Assembly: GCA_002457715.1 (NCBI GenBank)
Contig: NTKN01000001.1
Coordinates: 6,826 to 70,825, forward strand
Direction of reading: 5' to 3'
DNA: 64,000 bases
DNA from: Cryomorphaceae bacterium MED-G14
GTDB lineage: Bacteria > Bacteroidota > Bacteroidia > Flavobacteriales > Flavobacteriaceae
Part shown: piece by piece, positions 17,473 through 26,964 of the stretch
How positions within the stretch are numbered: the stretch's first letter is position 1
How the letters are laid out: each line of letters begins with the position of its first letter
Notes under the pieces: generated by a model
Databases searched by the model: none
What the model saw: the letters and a program-made list of their open reading frames with translations, nothing else
What the model was told of the DNA's origin: nothing
Program-made: the position numbers and the translations under genes

Positions 17473-18394
17473 TTATTTTACCAAATAATTTATCTGACCA
17501 ATTTGTCCAATTATACTTTTTTGAAAAGTAAAAAATTAAAATTGGATAATAAATAAACATTGGAATTATCATACTAAGTAAATTTGGTTCTTCAAGAGAT
17601 ATAAATACTGCATTTGTTTGTACAGCATGCCAATCGGCTGTTAAAAATAAGAATACAACTAAATTATTTGCATAATGAGCTCCAATAGCTAGTTCATTTC
17701 CATCATCCATTAAGGTAAAAATTCCCCATGTCATACCCATCAAAATATAGGCAACAAGAAATCCATAACCAAGTTTATCAATTTCAGGATTTAAAATATG
17801 TAAAAACCCAAAAATAATAGATGGTATGATAAAAGCAGCTGCTCTACTTTTAAAAGCAATACCAAATCCTTGTAATAAATACCCCCTTACCAATAATTCT
17901 TCGAACGTCGTTTGAAATGGTAGCAGAAAAATACATATTAGAATTAAAATCAAAAATGGTTCTAATTGAAAATTATATTCAAATGATGAAGGAGAAATTA
18001 CATATGATATAAAAATCATTAAAGAATTAAGTATAAATATTACTAAGAAGCAATGAAGAATTCTAGAATAATCAATTTTTTTTCTTGAAGTAATTAAGGA
18101 CTTAAAATTTTGATTGTGAATATTTTTTACAACAATAAATAATCCCAGAAATCCAACCAGGAAGGAAATTAAAAGCAATGTTAAAACCGTATTCTTACTT
18201 CCAATCATAGAAAACATATCAATTGGGTTTTCTAGGGCTTGTAAACTGTCTGAATCAGAGAAATCCATTTGAGAAATCATCCCAATTATTAATGGGATAG
18301 CTCCAATTAATTGCCAAAAAAGAAAAATAACAATAAAACCAATGAAATATCTCCACCAATCATTTTTAAAGTCTAATGCCTGTTCAATAAACAT
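17453..18394 (-). CDS. CPBP-family intramembrane glutamic endopeptidase (CAAX protease / Abi-like)
   Basis: EELLVRGYL (EExxxR), FGFLHILN (FxxxH) and HYANN (HxxxN) motifs in a polytopic 313-aa protein. The gap from the upstream gene is 8 nt. Confidence 0.85.
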   Translation of the reverse strand: MFIEQALDFKNDWWRYFIGFIVIFLFWQLIGAIPLIIGMISQMDFSDSDSLQALENPIDMFSMIGSKNTVLTLLLISFLVGFLGLFIVVKNIHNQNFKSLITSRKKIDYSRILHCFLVIFILNSLMIFISYVISPSSFEYNFQLEPFLILILICIFLLPFQTTFEELLVRGYLLQGFGIAFKSRAAAFIIPSIIFGFLHILNPEIDKLGYGFLVAYILMGMTWGIFTLMDDGNELAIGAHYANNLVVFLFLTADWHAVQTNAVFISLEEPNLLSMIIPMFIYYPILIFYFSKKYNWTNWSDKLFGKINDNYES

Positions 18395-18402
18395 AATTTA
18401 AT

Positions 18403-19782
18403 TTATAATATTGATTGAATGTAAGGTATAAAGTATATGGCAAATAAAATAAACATTCCATAAAAAATTTGTAGATAAATAGTCTTTAAATTAGAATGTA
18501 TTAATTCCCTAGATTCATAATTTTTGTTCAGGTTAATAAAGGCTAAAAACCCATATAAAAACAATAATCCATTTCCAATATTAAAAAACAAAGAATTGAA
18601 ATTTTCTATATTACTTTCAAGAAGCGATCTTAAAAGGAATGATGATGCAAACGCAGCTATCAAAATCACTAAATATCCCCATCTAGCAGCTTTCTTTCCA
18701 AAAGTTACTATTAAATGATTTTTTCCAGTTTTTGCATCACTATCAGTATCAGGGAATTGATTTATGTATAAAATATTTGTAGTTAAAAATCCAAAAGGAA
18801 TGCCTATGTAAATAGCATTATAAAAATCCTCAGAAAACATTTCAACTGTTGTACTTGAAACAGCATATAATGATCCTAAAGTTAATACAGGTCCAAAAGC
18901 TAAAAAGATAGCAACCTCACCAAGACCTCTTCTTGAAACTAATCTTAATGGTCTTGCAGTATAAAAATATCCTAATAAACCACCAATTAAACCAAGAATC
19001 ATTGCATTCTGAGCATTAGAAAAACTTCCAGTAATGTTGTAGCTGTTATAAAGTAATATTGCAGTAACTAATATAGCTACTAACATCATCTTTCTTGCTA
19101 AAGATAACGTGCCATCTAATGTAATCAAACCTAATTCAATTGATCTGCTTCCACCAGAAAGTTGTGCTCCTTCTAAAACTGTAGAATTTAATCCAGCATT
19201 AAAGTATTCAGTATTTGCTCCATCAGTACCATCTTTTACATCATAATAATCATTAAACAGATTAGATGAAACATGTAAAAAAACTATACCTAAAGAACAT
19301 AAAATTAATGATGTAATATTAAAAAGATTATCGCCAGAACCAGCCAAAAATGCTGCAACAGCAAATATTGGAAATAATGAAGCACTTGTAAACCCCCCCC
19401 TGGTAATAGCAAAAGCCCATTTAATAAAAATTGTTGAAAACTTAATAGGTATTTCAACTTCCTCATCAATTGGTACTGTAATACCACAATATCCTGTTTG
19501 AGGGTTGTTTTTTCCATTTGCAAAGGTCGGAGTGATTTTAATTTCAGCATTAAATTTATTACCATTCTTATTAATAAAATATGTCTTAGTAGTATATTCG
19601 CCATGTTTATTAGCTTGAGATAGCCACATACCTACATTTTGAATAACAATTTCTCCTGCAGAGAACAAAGAAACCCTTTTCTTTCCTACAAGTTCATTTT
19701 TTTTATATCCAAATAATTTTTCGCCATCAGGATTAATTGTTTCTATAACTCCTTCAAGATCGCATGTAACTACACTTTTCAT
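18403..19782 (-). CDS. PAS domain fused to a UbiA-superfamily, MenA-like (1,4-dihydroxy-2-naphthoate polyprenyltransferase) membrane protein
   Basis: Residues 1 to about 105 are PAS-like (CDLEGVIETINPDGEKLFGYKKNELVGKKRVSLFS..YFINKNGNKFNAEIKITP). Next comes a polytopic domain with Asp-rich motifs NLFNDYYDVKDGTDG and NQFPDTDSDAKTGKNHL. Confidence 0.8.
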   Translation of the reverse strand: MKSVVTCDLEGVIETINPDGEKLFGYKKNELVGKKRVSLFSAGEIVIQNVGMWLSQANKHGEYTTKTYFINKNGNKFNAEIKITPTFANGKNNPQTGYCGITVPIDEEVEIPIKFSTIFIKWAFAITRGGFTSASLFPIFAVAAFLAGSGDNLFNITSLILCSLGIVFLHVSSNLFNDYYDVKDGTDGANTEYFNAGLNSTVLEGAQLSGGSRSIELGLITLDGTLSLARKMMLVAILVTAILLYNSYNITGSFSNAQNAMILGLIGGLLGYFYTARPLRLVSRRGLGEVAIFLAFGPVLTLGSLYAVSSTTVEMFSEDFYNAIYIGIPFGFLTTNILYINQFPDTDSDAKTGKNHLIVTFGKKAARWGYLVILIAAFASSFLLRSLLESNIENFNSLFFNIGNGLLFLYGFLAFINLNKNYESRELIHSNLKTIYLQIFYGMFILFAIYFIPYIQSIL

Positions 19783-19840
19783 ATATATTAATTTAAAACG
19801 TAAATTTAAACTACTAAAACAAATTATTTAAGTCTATAAA

Positions 19841-20257
19841 TTATTTTTTATCAACTACTATTGTTGTTAGTTTACAATGTGAAATTAAATTAGACTCGTC
19901 ATCTATAACTTTTATCTCCCAAAGGTGTGTTTTTTTACCAATATGAATTGGGTTTGCAGTAGCATAAACATGACCTTTTTTAGCTGATCTTAAATGATTT
20001 GCCGAAATTTCTAATCCTCTTACAGTTTGATTTATAGGATTTATAAATAAAAATGAAGCAGCACTTCCAACTGACTCAGCAAGTGCTACCGTTGCTCCTC
20101 CATGTAAAACTCCATCAGGTTGATGAACTTTTGAACTTACCGGCATTTTTGCGGTCAAATAATCATTTCCTACGTCGATAAACTCTATATTCAAATGCTC
20201 CATCAATGTATTATTATTGACTTTATTTATAACTTTTAGTTTTTGATTTTTACTCAT
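19841..20257 (-). CDS. PaaI/YdiI-type hotdog thioesterase (MenI-like DHNA-CoA hydrolase candidate)
   Basis: HQPDGVLHGGATVALAESVGS and GLEISANHLRSAKKG closely resemble E. coli YdiI/EntH as I remember them. The start is set at the ATG at 20257, because the longer track ORF would run through the dnaK terminator and the dnaK 3' end. Confidence 0.8.
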   Translation of the reverse strand: MSKNQKLKVINKVNNNTLMEHLNIEFIDVGNDYLTAKMPVSSKVHQPDGVLHGGATVALAESVGSAASFLFINPINQTVRGLEISANHLRSAKKGHVYATANPIHIGKKTHLWEIKVIDDESNLISHCKLTTIVVDKK

Positions 20258-20271
20258 AATTGACTTACCTA

Positions 20272-20303
20272 CAAAAAAAAACGTGTCAGTTAGACACGTT
20301 TTA
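20272..20303 (-). terminator. rho-independent terminator of dnaK
   Basis: The minus strand reads AAAACGUGUC-UAACU-GACACGUUUUUUUUU: a 7-8 bp GC-containing stem, a 5-nt loop and a U9 tract, beginning 16 nt after the dnaK stop. Confidence 0.65.
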
Positions 20304-20318
20304 ATTTGCAAAAAAATT

Positions 20319-22223
20319 TTACTTAACTTCCTCAAAGTCTACATCTTGAACATCATCTTCCCCTTCTTTCTTAGTAGATTTCTCATTTCCAGATGATGAA
20401 TCATCATTCTTAGAAGATTCGGCTTGAGCTTTGTAAAGTTCCTCAGATGCATTTTTCCATGCTTCATTTAATTTTTCTAAATCTGTTTTTATAGAATCTA
20501 GATTTTTTGCCTCATGAGATTTCCTTAGAGTTTCTAGAGCATCTTCAATAGGTTTTTTCTTATCAGCTGAAAGCTTCTCACCAAATTCTTTTAGCTGACT
20601 TTCAGTTTGAAATATCATAGTATCAGCTGAATTCAAAGTATCAGCTTCTTCCTTAAGCTTTTTATCAGAGTCTGCATTCGCCTCTGCTTCCTTTTTCATT
20701 TTTTCAATTTCTTCTTCAGTAAGACCTGAAGAGGCTTCAATTCTAATATCTTGTGATTTGTTAGTAGCTTTATCAAGTGCTGTGACTTGAATTATTCCAT
20801 TTGCATCTATATCAAAAGTTACTTCAATCTGGGGCACACCTCTCGGTGAAGGTGGAATACCATCCAAATGAAATCTTCCGATAGTTTTGTTATCTTTTGC
20901 CATAGATCTTTCACCTTGAAGAACATGAATTTCAACAGATGGCTGATTATCAGCAGCTGTTGAAAAAACTTGAGATTTTTTTGATGGAATTGTGGTATTT
21001 GCTTCAATCAATTTAGTCATCACCCCACCCATGGTTTCTATTCCTAGGGAAAGAGGAGTAACATCAAGTAACAATACATCTTTAACGTCACCAGTTAAAA
21101 CACCTCCTTGAATTGCTGCGCCTACAGCAACCACCTCATCAGGGTTAACTCCTTTAGAGGGTTTTTTACCAAAAAATTTTTCAACTTCTGATTGAATGAT
21201 AGGAATTCTTGTTGAACCACCAACTAATATGACTTCATTAATTTCATTTTTGTTAATCCCAGCATCATCAATTGCTTTTTTAACAGGCTCCATGGATCTT
21301 TTAACTAAATCTGAACATAATTGCTCAAATTTAGCCCTAGTTAAAGTCTTAACAAGGTGCTTTGGCCCAGATGAAGTAGCAGTGACATATGGTAAATTTA
21401 TTTCAGTTTGAGTTGAAGAGGATAATTCAATTTTTGCCTTTTCAGCAGCTTCCTTTAATCTCTGTAAAGCCATTGGATCATCCCTTAAATCAATATTTTC
21501 AGATGATTTAAATTCCTCTGCAAGAAAATCAATAATTTTTTCATCAAAATCATCACCACCGAGCCTGGTATCACCATTAGTTGATAATACTTCAAAAACT
21601 CCATCACCCAATTCTAATATTGAAATATCAAAAGTTCCACCACCTAAGTCATAAACTGCAATTTTTTGATCTTTACCTGATTTATCTAAACCATATGCAA
21701 GTGCCGCAGCTGTTGGTTCATTTATGATTCTTTGAACTTTTAAGCCCGAAATCTCACCTGCCTCTTTTGTAGCTTGTCGTTGAGCATCATTGAAATATGC
21801 AGGAACTGTAACAACAGCTTCAGTAACTGATGTTCCTAAATAATCCTCAGCAGTTTTTTTCATTTTTTGTAAAATCATGGCAGATAATTCCTGCGGTGTA
21901 TACAACCTGCCATCGATATCGACCCTTGATGTATCATTATCTCCTTTGACTACCTTATAAGCAGATCTTTTTGCGTCATTTTTTGATTCAGAAAACTTAC
22001 TACCCATAAATCTCTTAATTGATGAGATAGTTTTTGTTGGGTTAGTTACTGCTTGTCTCTTGGCAGGATCACCAACTTTAATTTCACCTCCTTCAACAAA
22101 AGCAATAACAGATGGTGTTGTTCTTTTACCTTCTGCATTTGGAATAACAACAGGTTCATTTCCTTCCATAACGGAAACACATGAATTTGTTGTTCCTAAA
22201 TCAATTCCTATAATTTTACTCAT
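20319..22223 (-). CDS. dnaK: molecular chaperone DnaK (Hsp70)
   Basis: [18 protein letters not shown] and [11 protein letters not shown]. 634 aa. Confidence 0.98.
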   Translation of the reverse strand: MSKIIGIDLGTTNSCVSVMEGNEPVVIPNAEGKRTTPSVIAFVEGGEIKVGDPAKRQAVTNPTKTISSIKRFMGSKFSESKNDAKRSAYKVVKGDNDTSRVDIDGRLYTPQELSAMILQKMKKTAEDYLGTSVTEAVVTVPAYFNDAQRQATKEAGEISGLKVQRIINEPTAAALAYGLDKSGKDQKIAVYDLGGGTFDISILELGDGVFEVLSTNGDTRLGGDDFDEKIIDFLAEEFKSSENIDLRDDPMALQRLKEAAEKAKIELSSSTQTEINLPYVTATSSGPKHLVKTLTRAKFEQLCSDLVKRSMEPVKKAIDDAGINKNEINEVILVGGSTRIPIIQSEVEKFFGKKPSKGVNPDEVVAVGAAIQGGVLTGDVKDVLLLDVTPLSLGIETMGGVMTKLIEANTTIPSKKSQVFSTAADNQPSVEIHVLQGERSMAKDNKTIGRFHLDGIPPSPRGVPQIEVTFDIDANGIIQVTALDKATNKSQDIRIEASSGLTEEEIEKMKKEAEANADSDKKLKEEADTLNSADTMIFQTESQLKEFGEKLSADKKKPIEDALETLRKSHEAKNLDSIKTDLEKLNEAWKNASEELYKAQAESSKNDDSSSGNEKSTKKEGEDDVQDVDFEEVK

Positions 22224-22273
22224 AATTAAATATTTTAAAAAATAATTTCAATGATTATGCCAGTATTATTTAC

Positions 22274-22288
22274 TGCCACTATGTCAGT
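22274..22288 (-). promoter_or_regulatory. 15-nt motif shared with the lon upstream region (plus strand TGCCACTATGTCAGT)
   Basis: 14/15 identical to 33280-33294 and in the same orientation relative to the gene. A partial extra copy, TGCCAGTAT, begins at 22258. It lies 51-65 nt upstream of the dnaK ATG. No TAnnTTTG box is present in this upstream region. Confidence 0.4.
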
Positions 22289-22308
22289 GTTTATTAATTT
22301 TATTTAAA

Positions 22309-22316
22309 TAAATTTG
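22309..22316 (+). promoter_or_regulatory. -7 box (TAAATTTG) for panB
   Basis: Exact TAnnTTTG 17 nt upstream of the panB ATG. Confidence 0.4.
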
Positions 22317-22333
22317 CTGGAAATATTTTAAAG

Positions 22334-23134
22334 ATGTACAAAAGAATTACCACCAACACACTTCACGAAATGAAATCAAAAGGTGAGAAAATTAGTATGT
22401 TAACAGCATATGATTTTACATTTGCTAGAATTGTAGATGAAGCGAATATAGATGTAATACTAGTTGGTGATTCAGCATCAAATGTAATAGCTGGAAATGA
22501 AACTACAGTCCCTATTACACTTGACCAAATGATATACCATGCATCCTCAGTAGTTAAAGCAGTTAAAAGAGCTTTAGTAGTTGTTGATTTACCATTTGGG
22601 TCATATCAGTCTGATCCCACAGAAGCCCTAAGATCAGCGATTAGAATAATGAAAGAATCAGGAGCCCATGCAGTAAAGATGGAAGGTGGAAGTGAAATTG
22701 GAGATTCAATTGATAAAATCATTAAGGCTGGAATACCTGTGATGGGACATTTAGGTTTAACTCCACAATCCATTTACAAGTTTGGAACTTACAGTGTAAG
22801 AGCTAAGGAAGAACATGAAGCCAAACAGTTAATTGAAGATACTAAATTTCTAGAGGATAAAGGGTGTTTTGCTACTGTCCTTGAAAAAATACCTTCTGAT
22901 TTATCAAAAAAGGTCAGTAAAGAAACAAATCTTCCTTTAATTGGTATTGGCGCTGGAAATCATGTTGACGGTCAAGTTCTTGTTCTTCATGATTTATTAG
23001 GTTTAACTCACGAATTTAATCCTAGATTTTTAAGAAGATATTTAGATTTGAACTCAACAGTAAAATCAGCTATCCAAAATTATGTAGATGATGTTAAAAA
23101 CCTTGATTTTCCTAACAAAAATGAAATGTACTAA
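22334..23134 (+). CDS. panB: 3-methyl-2-oxobutanoate hydroxymethyltransferase
   Basis: [18 protein letters not shown] and VKMEGG motifs. 266 aa. Confidence 0.95.
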   Translation: MYKRITTNTLHEMKSKGEKISMLTAYDFTFARIVDEANIDVILVGDSASNVIAGNETTVPITLDQMIYHASSVVKAVKRALVVVDLPFGSYQSDPTEALRSAIRIMKESGAHAVKMEGGSEIGDSIDKIIKAGIPVMGHLGLTPQSIYKFGTYSVRAKEEHEAKQLIEDTKFLEDKGCFATVLEKIPSDLSKKVSKETNLPLIGIGAGNHVDGQVLVLHDLLGLTHEFNPRFLRRYLDLNSTVKSAIQNYVDDVKNLDFPNKNEMY

Positions 23135-23797
23135 ATGAAAATTGTTTTTGAAGACAATCATTTTCTCATCGTTAACAAAAGACCCGGACAACTTTCTCAA
23201 TCTGACAAGACTGGTGATCAATCTATATTAGAGCTTTGCAAGAACTACGTAAAATTAAAATACAACAAAAAAGGAAATGTGTTTGTAGGGCTGGTTAATA
23301 GAATAGATAGACCAACAAGTGGTTTATTAATTCTTGCTAAAACCAGTAAGTGTCTGGAAAGAATGAATAAAATCTTAAATAATAGAGAAATAAAAAAAAC
23401 TTATGTAGCTATTACTGAAAAGAATACAATAAAAAAATCAGGAAGACTCATAAATTTTCTTAAAAAAAATGAAAAAAAAAACAAATCATTTGTTGTTAAT
23501 AAAGAAATAAAAGGCTCCAAAGAAAGTATATTGAATTATAAACTGGTTAAAGAATTAGATAACTATAATGTATTGAAAATCAACTTAGAAACTGGAAGAC
23601 ATCATCAGATCAGAGCTCAACTTTCAAACATTAGTTGTCCAATAATGGGCGATATTAAGTATGGAGCAAAAAGACCAAATAAAGATTTAAGTATATGTTT
23701 ACACTCTCAAAGTTTAGAATTCATCCATCCTGTAACAAAAAAACAATTAAAAATTGAAGCAGGTTTCCCAGATTTAAAAATCTGGAATAGTTTGTAA
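23135..23797 (+). CDS. RluA-family pseudouridine synthase (short, no S4 domain)
   Basis: The catalytic-Asp motif is VNRIDRPTSGLLILAKT, and GRHHQIRAQL is also present. The start abuts the panB stop. Confidence 0.85.
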   Translation: MKIVFEDNHFLIVNKRPGQLSQSDKTGDQSILELCKNYVKLKYNKKGNVFVGLVNRIDRPTSGLLILAKTSKCLERMNKILNNREIKKTYVAITEKNTIKKSGRLINFLKKNEKKNKSFVVNKEIKGSKESILNYKLVKELDNYNVLKINLETGRHHQIRAQLSNISCPIMGDIKYGAKRPNKDLSICLHSQSLEFIHPVTKKQLKIEAGFPDLKIWNSL

Positions 23798-23851
23798 AAA
23801 CATTTACAATTTATCATCATATTTATTAATTTAGCCCTTCATTGAAAGTTA

Positions 23852-25006
23852 ATGCATAAAGATAAAGTTAAGATTTTTGATACCACTCTTAGAGATGGTG
23901 AACAGGTCCCTGGATGTAAACTTGAAACAAAACAAAAACTTGTAATAGCTAAAAGGTTAGATCAACTTGGTGTTGATATAATTGAAGCTGGTTTTCCAAT
24001 ATCAAGCCCAGGTGATTTTAATTCAGTTGTTGAAATTTCAAAAATTGTAAAGAATGCAAGTGTTTGTGGTTTAACTAGAGCTGTTAAAAAAGATATTGAA
24101 GTTGCAGCTGAATCATTAAAAAAAGCTGTCAAACCAAGAATTCATACTGGCATTGGGACGTCAGACTCTCACATTAAACATAAATTTAACTCTAATAGAG
24201 ACGATATTCTCGAAAGAGCTGTCGCTGCTGTAAAGTATGCAAAGAAATTTGTTGATGATATTGAATTTTATGCTGAAGACGCTGGTCGTACAGATAATGA
24301 TTTTCTAGCTACAGTTTGTGAGAAAGTTATAGATGCTGGTGCTACAGTCTTAAATATTCCAGACACAACAGGTTATTGTCTTCCCAACGAATATGGAAAG
24401 AAAATTAAATTCTTGATAAACAATGTTCCAAATATTGATAAAGCAATTATTTCTTGCCATTGTCATAATGACTTAGGTTTAGCTACAGCAAACTCAATTG
24501 AGGGTGTTATAAATGGAGCTAGACAGATTGAATGTACTATAAATGGAATTGGTGAAAGAGCTGGTAATACTTCTTTAGAAGAAGTGGTCATGGTTTTAAG
24601 ACAACATAATGAATTAAATCTTGATACTAATATAAACTCAAAGCTCCTATATGATACAAGTCAAATGGTTTCAGAGCTTATGGGTATGATTGTTCAACCT
24701 AACAAAGCTATTGTTGGATCTAATGCATTTGCACATAGCTCAGGAATTCACCAAGATGGTGTTATTAAGAATAGAGAAACTTATGAAATAATCAATCCCC
24801 ACGATGTTGGGGTTAATGAATCTGCTATCTTATTGACAGCAAGAAGCGGAAGAGCAGCTTTAGCATTTAGAGCAAAAAAAATCGGATATAATTTATCAAA
24901 AATCCAGTTAGATAAAGTTTATCATGAATTTTTAAAATTCGCTGATATAAAGAAAGAAGTCACTGACAGTGATCTTCCTCACATAATAAAATTATCGAAT
25001 ATATAA
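23852..25006 (+). CDS. leuA: 2-isopropylmalate synthase, short form (384 aa) without the C-terminal LeuA regulatory domain
   Basis: [20 protein letters not shown] and HSSGIHQDG motifs. It is the first gene of a leuA-C-D-B string. Confidence 0.85.
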   Translation: MHKDKVKIFDTTLRDGEQVPGCKLETKQKLVIAKRLDQLGVDIIEAGFPISSPGDFNSVVEISKIVKNASVCGLTRAVKKDIEVAAESLKKAVKPRIHTGIGTSDSHIKHKFNSNRDDILERAVAAVKYAKKFVDDIEFYAEDAGRTDNDFLATVCEKVIDAGATVLNIPDTTGYCLPNEYGKKIKFLINNVPNIDKAIISCHCHNDLGLATANSIEGVINGARQIECTINGIGERAGNTSLEEVVMVLRQHNELNLDTNINSKLLYDTSQMVSELMGMIVQPNKAIVGSNAFAHSSGIHQDGVIKNRETYEIINPHDVGVNESAILLTARSGRAALAFRAKKIGYNLSKIQLDKVYHEFLKFADIKKEVTDSDLPHIIKLSNI

Positions 25007-25010
25007 TTAT

Positions 25011-26387
25011 ATGTCAAAAACACTTTTTGATAAAGTTTGGGATTCGCACATTGTAGAAAGCATTGAAAATGGTCCAGATATTTTTCTCATAGATAAACAT
25101 TTTATTCACGAAGTTACTAGTCCACAAGCGTTCGAAGAACTCAAAAGAAAAAATCTTAGAGTTTTTGATCCAGGTAAAATTGTTGCTACCGTTGATCATA
25201 ATGTTCCAACTTTAAACCAACATCTTCCAATCAAGGATGAACTCTCCAAAATTCAAGTTGAAAAATTAAAATTAAATTGCCTGGAATATGATATTGACTT
25301 ATTTGATTTAGGAAATCCTAATCAAGGAATTGTTCATGTTATAGGTCCAGAACTTGGAATCACTCAACCTGGAATGACAATTGTATGTGGGGATAGCCAC
25401 ACTTCTACTCATGGGGCATTCGGGGCAGTAGCTTTTGGAATAGGAACAAGTCAAGTTGCACAGGTGCTTGCCAGTCAATGTTTATTAATTAATAAGCCAA
25501 AAAAAATGAGAATTAGTATCAATGGCAAACTAAATAAAAATGTTACTCCAAAAGATATAATTCTTTACATAATATCAAAGCTTGGTACTAATGGTGGAAC
25601 AGGTTTTTTTGTTGAATACAGTGGAGATGTTTTTAAAAAAATGTCAATGGAAGGAAGAATGACTGTTTGTAACATGAGTATAGAAATGGGAGCTAGAGGT
25701 GGGATAATTGCACCTGATGAAATAACATTTAAATATTTAGAGAAGAGAGAATACTCACCAAAAGGTGATCAATTAAAATCTAAAATAGAAACATGGAATA
25801 AATTAAAAACAGATAAAAATGCAATATTTGATCAAGAACATTCATTTAATGCATCTAATATTTACCCGATGTTAACATATGGTACTAATCCAGGTATGGG
25901 TATGAAATACAATGATAAAATACCTAATCACAATAATAAATCTGATTTAAAGTCCTTAGACTATATGGGATTCAAATCTGGTGAAAGCCTTATCGGAAAA
26001 AAGATAAATTATGTTTTTATAGGTAGTTGCACAAACTCTAGAATTGAAGATTTTAGATTAGTTGCTAAATACATAGAAAACAAAAGAAAAGCAGATAATG
26101 TTAATGCTCTTGTAGTACCAGGTTCTCAAAAAGTTTTAAATCAAATTAAAGAAGAAGGTTTAGATAATATTTTTACTGATTCTGGTTTTGAAATTAGACA
26201 ACCTGGGTGCTCTGCATGTTTGGGTATGAATGACGATAAAATTCCACCAGGTGAACTTTGTATTTCTACATCCAATAGAAATTTTGAAGGAAGACAAGGG
26301 CCTGGATCAAGAACAATTCTTTCTAGTCCAATATTAGCTGCAGCAACTGCAATTCACGGAAAAATAGTAGATATAAATAATGAGTAA
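25011..26387 (+). CDS. leuC: 3-isopropylmalate dehydratase large subunit
   Basis: Fe-S ligand motifs GDSHTSTHGAFG, GSCTNSR and GCSACLGMN. Confidence 0.96.
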   Translation: MSKTLFDKVWDSHIVESIENGPDIFLIDKHFIHEVTSPQAFEELKRKNLRVFDPGKIVATVDHNVPTLNQHLPIKDELSKIQVEKLKLNCLEYDIDLFDLGNPNQGIVHVIGPELGITQPGMTIVCGDSHTSTHGAFGAVAFGIGTSQVAQVLASQCLLINKPKKMRISINGKLNKNVTPKDIILYIISKLGTNGGTGFFVEYSGDVFKKMSMEGRMTVCNMSIEMGARGGIIAPDEITFKYLEKREYSPKGDQLKSKIETWNKLKTDKNAIFDQEHSFNASNIYPMLTYGTNPGMGMKYNDKIPNHNNKSDLKSLDYMGFKSGESLIGKKINYVFIGSCTNSRIEDFRLVAKYIENKRKADNVNALVVPGSQKVLNQIKEEGLDNIFTDSGFEIRQPGCSACLGMNDDKIPPGELCISTSNRNFEGRQGPGSRTILSSPILAAATAIHGKIVDINNE

Positions 26388-26964
26388 TAAAAAAATAAAT
26401 ATAATTGACTCATCTGCAGTACCAATTCCTATTGAAAATATTGATACAGATCAAATAATTCCTGCCAGATTTTTAAAAGCTACAAGTAAATTAAATTTTG
26501 GAGAAAATTTATTTAGAGACTGGAGATTTAAAAGTAATAATAAAATTTATAATGATTTTATCTTAAATAATCCTTTGTTTAATGGAAACATATTGTTGGC
26601 AGGAGCTAATTTTGGATGTGGTTCTAGTAGAGAACATGCAGCTTGGGCCATAAAGGATTATGGATTCGATGTTGTTATATCTAGTTTTTTTGCTGATATA
26701 TTTAAAATGAATGCTTTAAACAACAATATTTTACCAATCCAAGTTAATGATGAATTGCTTAAATATTTATTTGATGAGGTTTTTAAAAATCCAAAAATAA
26801 AAATTAAAATAGATCTCCCTGAACAAATTTTAATCATCAATGATAAATCAATTAAATTTGATGTTGATAATTATAAAAAAATGTGCCTTATTAATGGATA
26901 TGATGATATTGATTATCTTATTTCAAAAAAGGATTTAATTAAAGATTTTATTAAAGATCAATGA
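26380..26964 (+). CDS. leuD: 3-isopropylmalate dehydratase small subunit
   Basis: DTDQIIPARFL and GANFGCGSSREHA. It overlaps leuC by 8 nt. Confidence 0.95.
   Translation: MSNKKINIIDSSAVPIPIENIDTDQIIPARFLKATSKLNFGENLFRDWRFKSNNKIYNDFILNNPLFNGNILLAGANFGCGSSREHAAWAIKDYGFDVVISSFFADIFKMNALNNNILPIQVNDELLKYLFDEVFKNPKIKIKIDLPEQILIINDKSIKFDVDNYKKMCLINGYDDIDYLISKKDLIKDFIKDQ

Noticed and set aside
17306-17488. A 60-aa plus-strand ORF lies opposite the 62-aa membrane ORF.
   Set aside because: The minus-strand reading gives two clean Gly/Trp-containing TM helices and is co-directional with the CPBP gene. The plus-strand product is Pro/Lys/Ile-rich with no features. Only one of the two is likely to be real.
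19305-19604. A 99-aa ORF lies in an alternative frame on the same strand within the PAS-prenyltransferase gene.
   Set aside because: It overlaps the conserved NDYYD motif region of the main frame and has no motif of its own.
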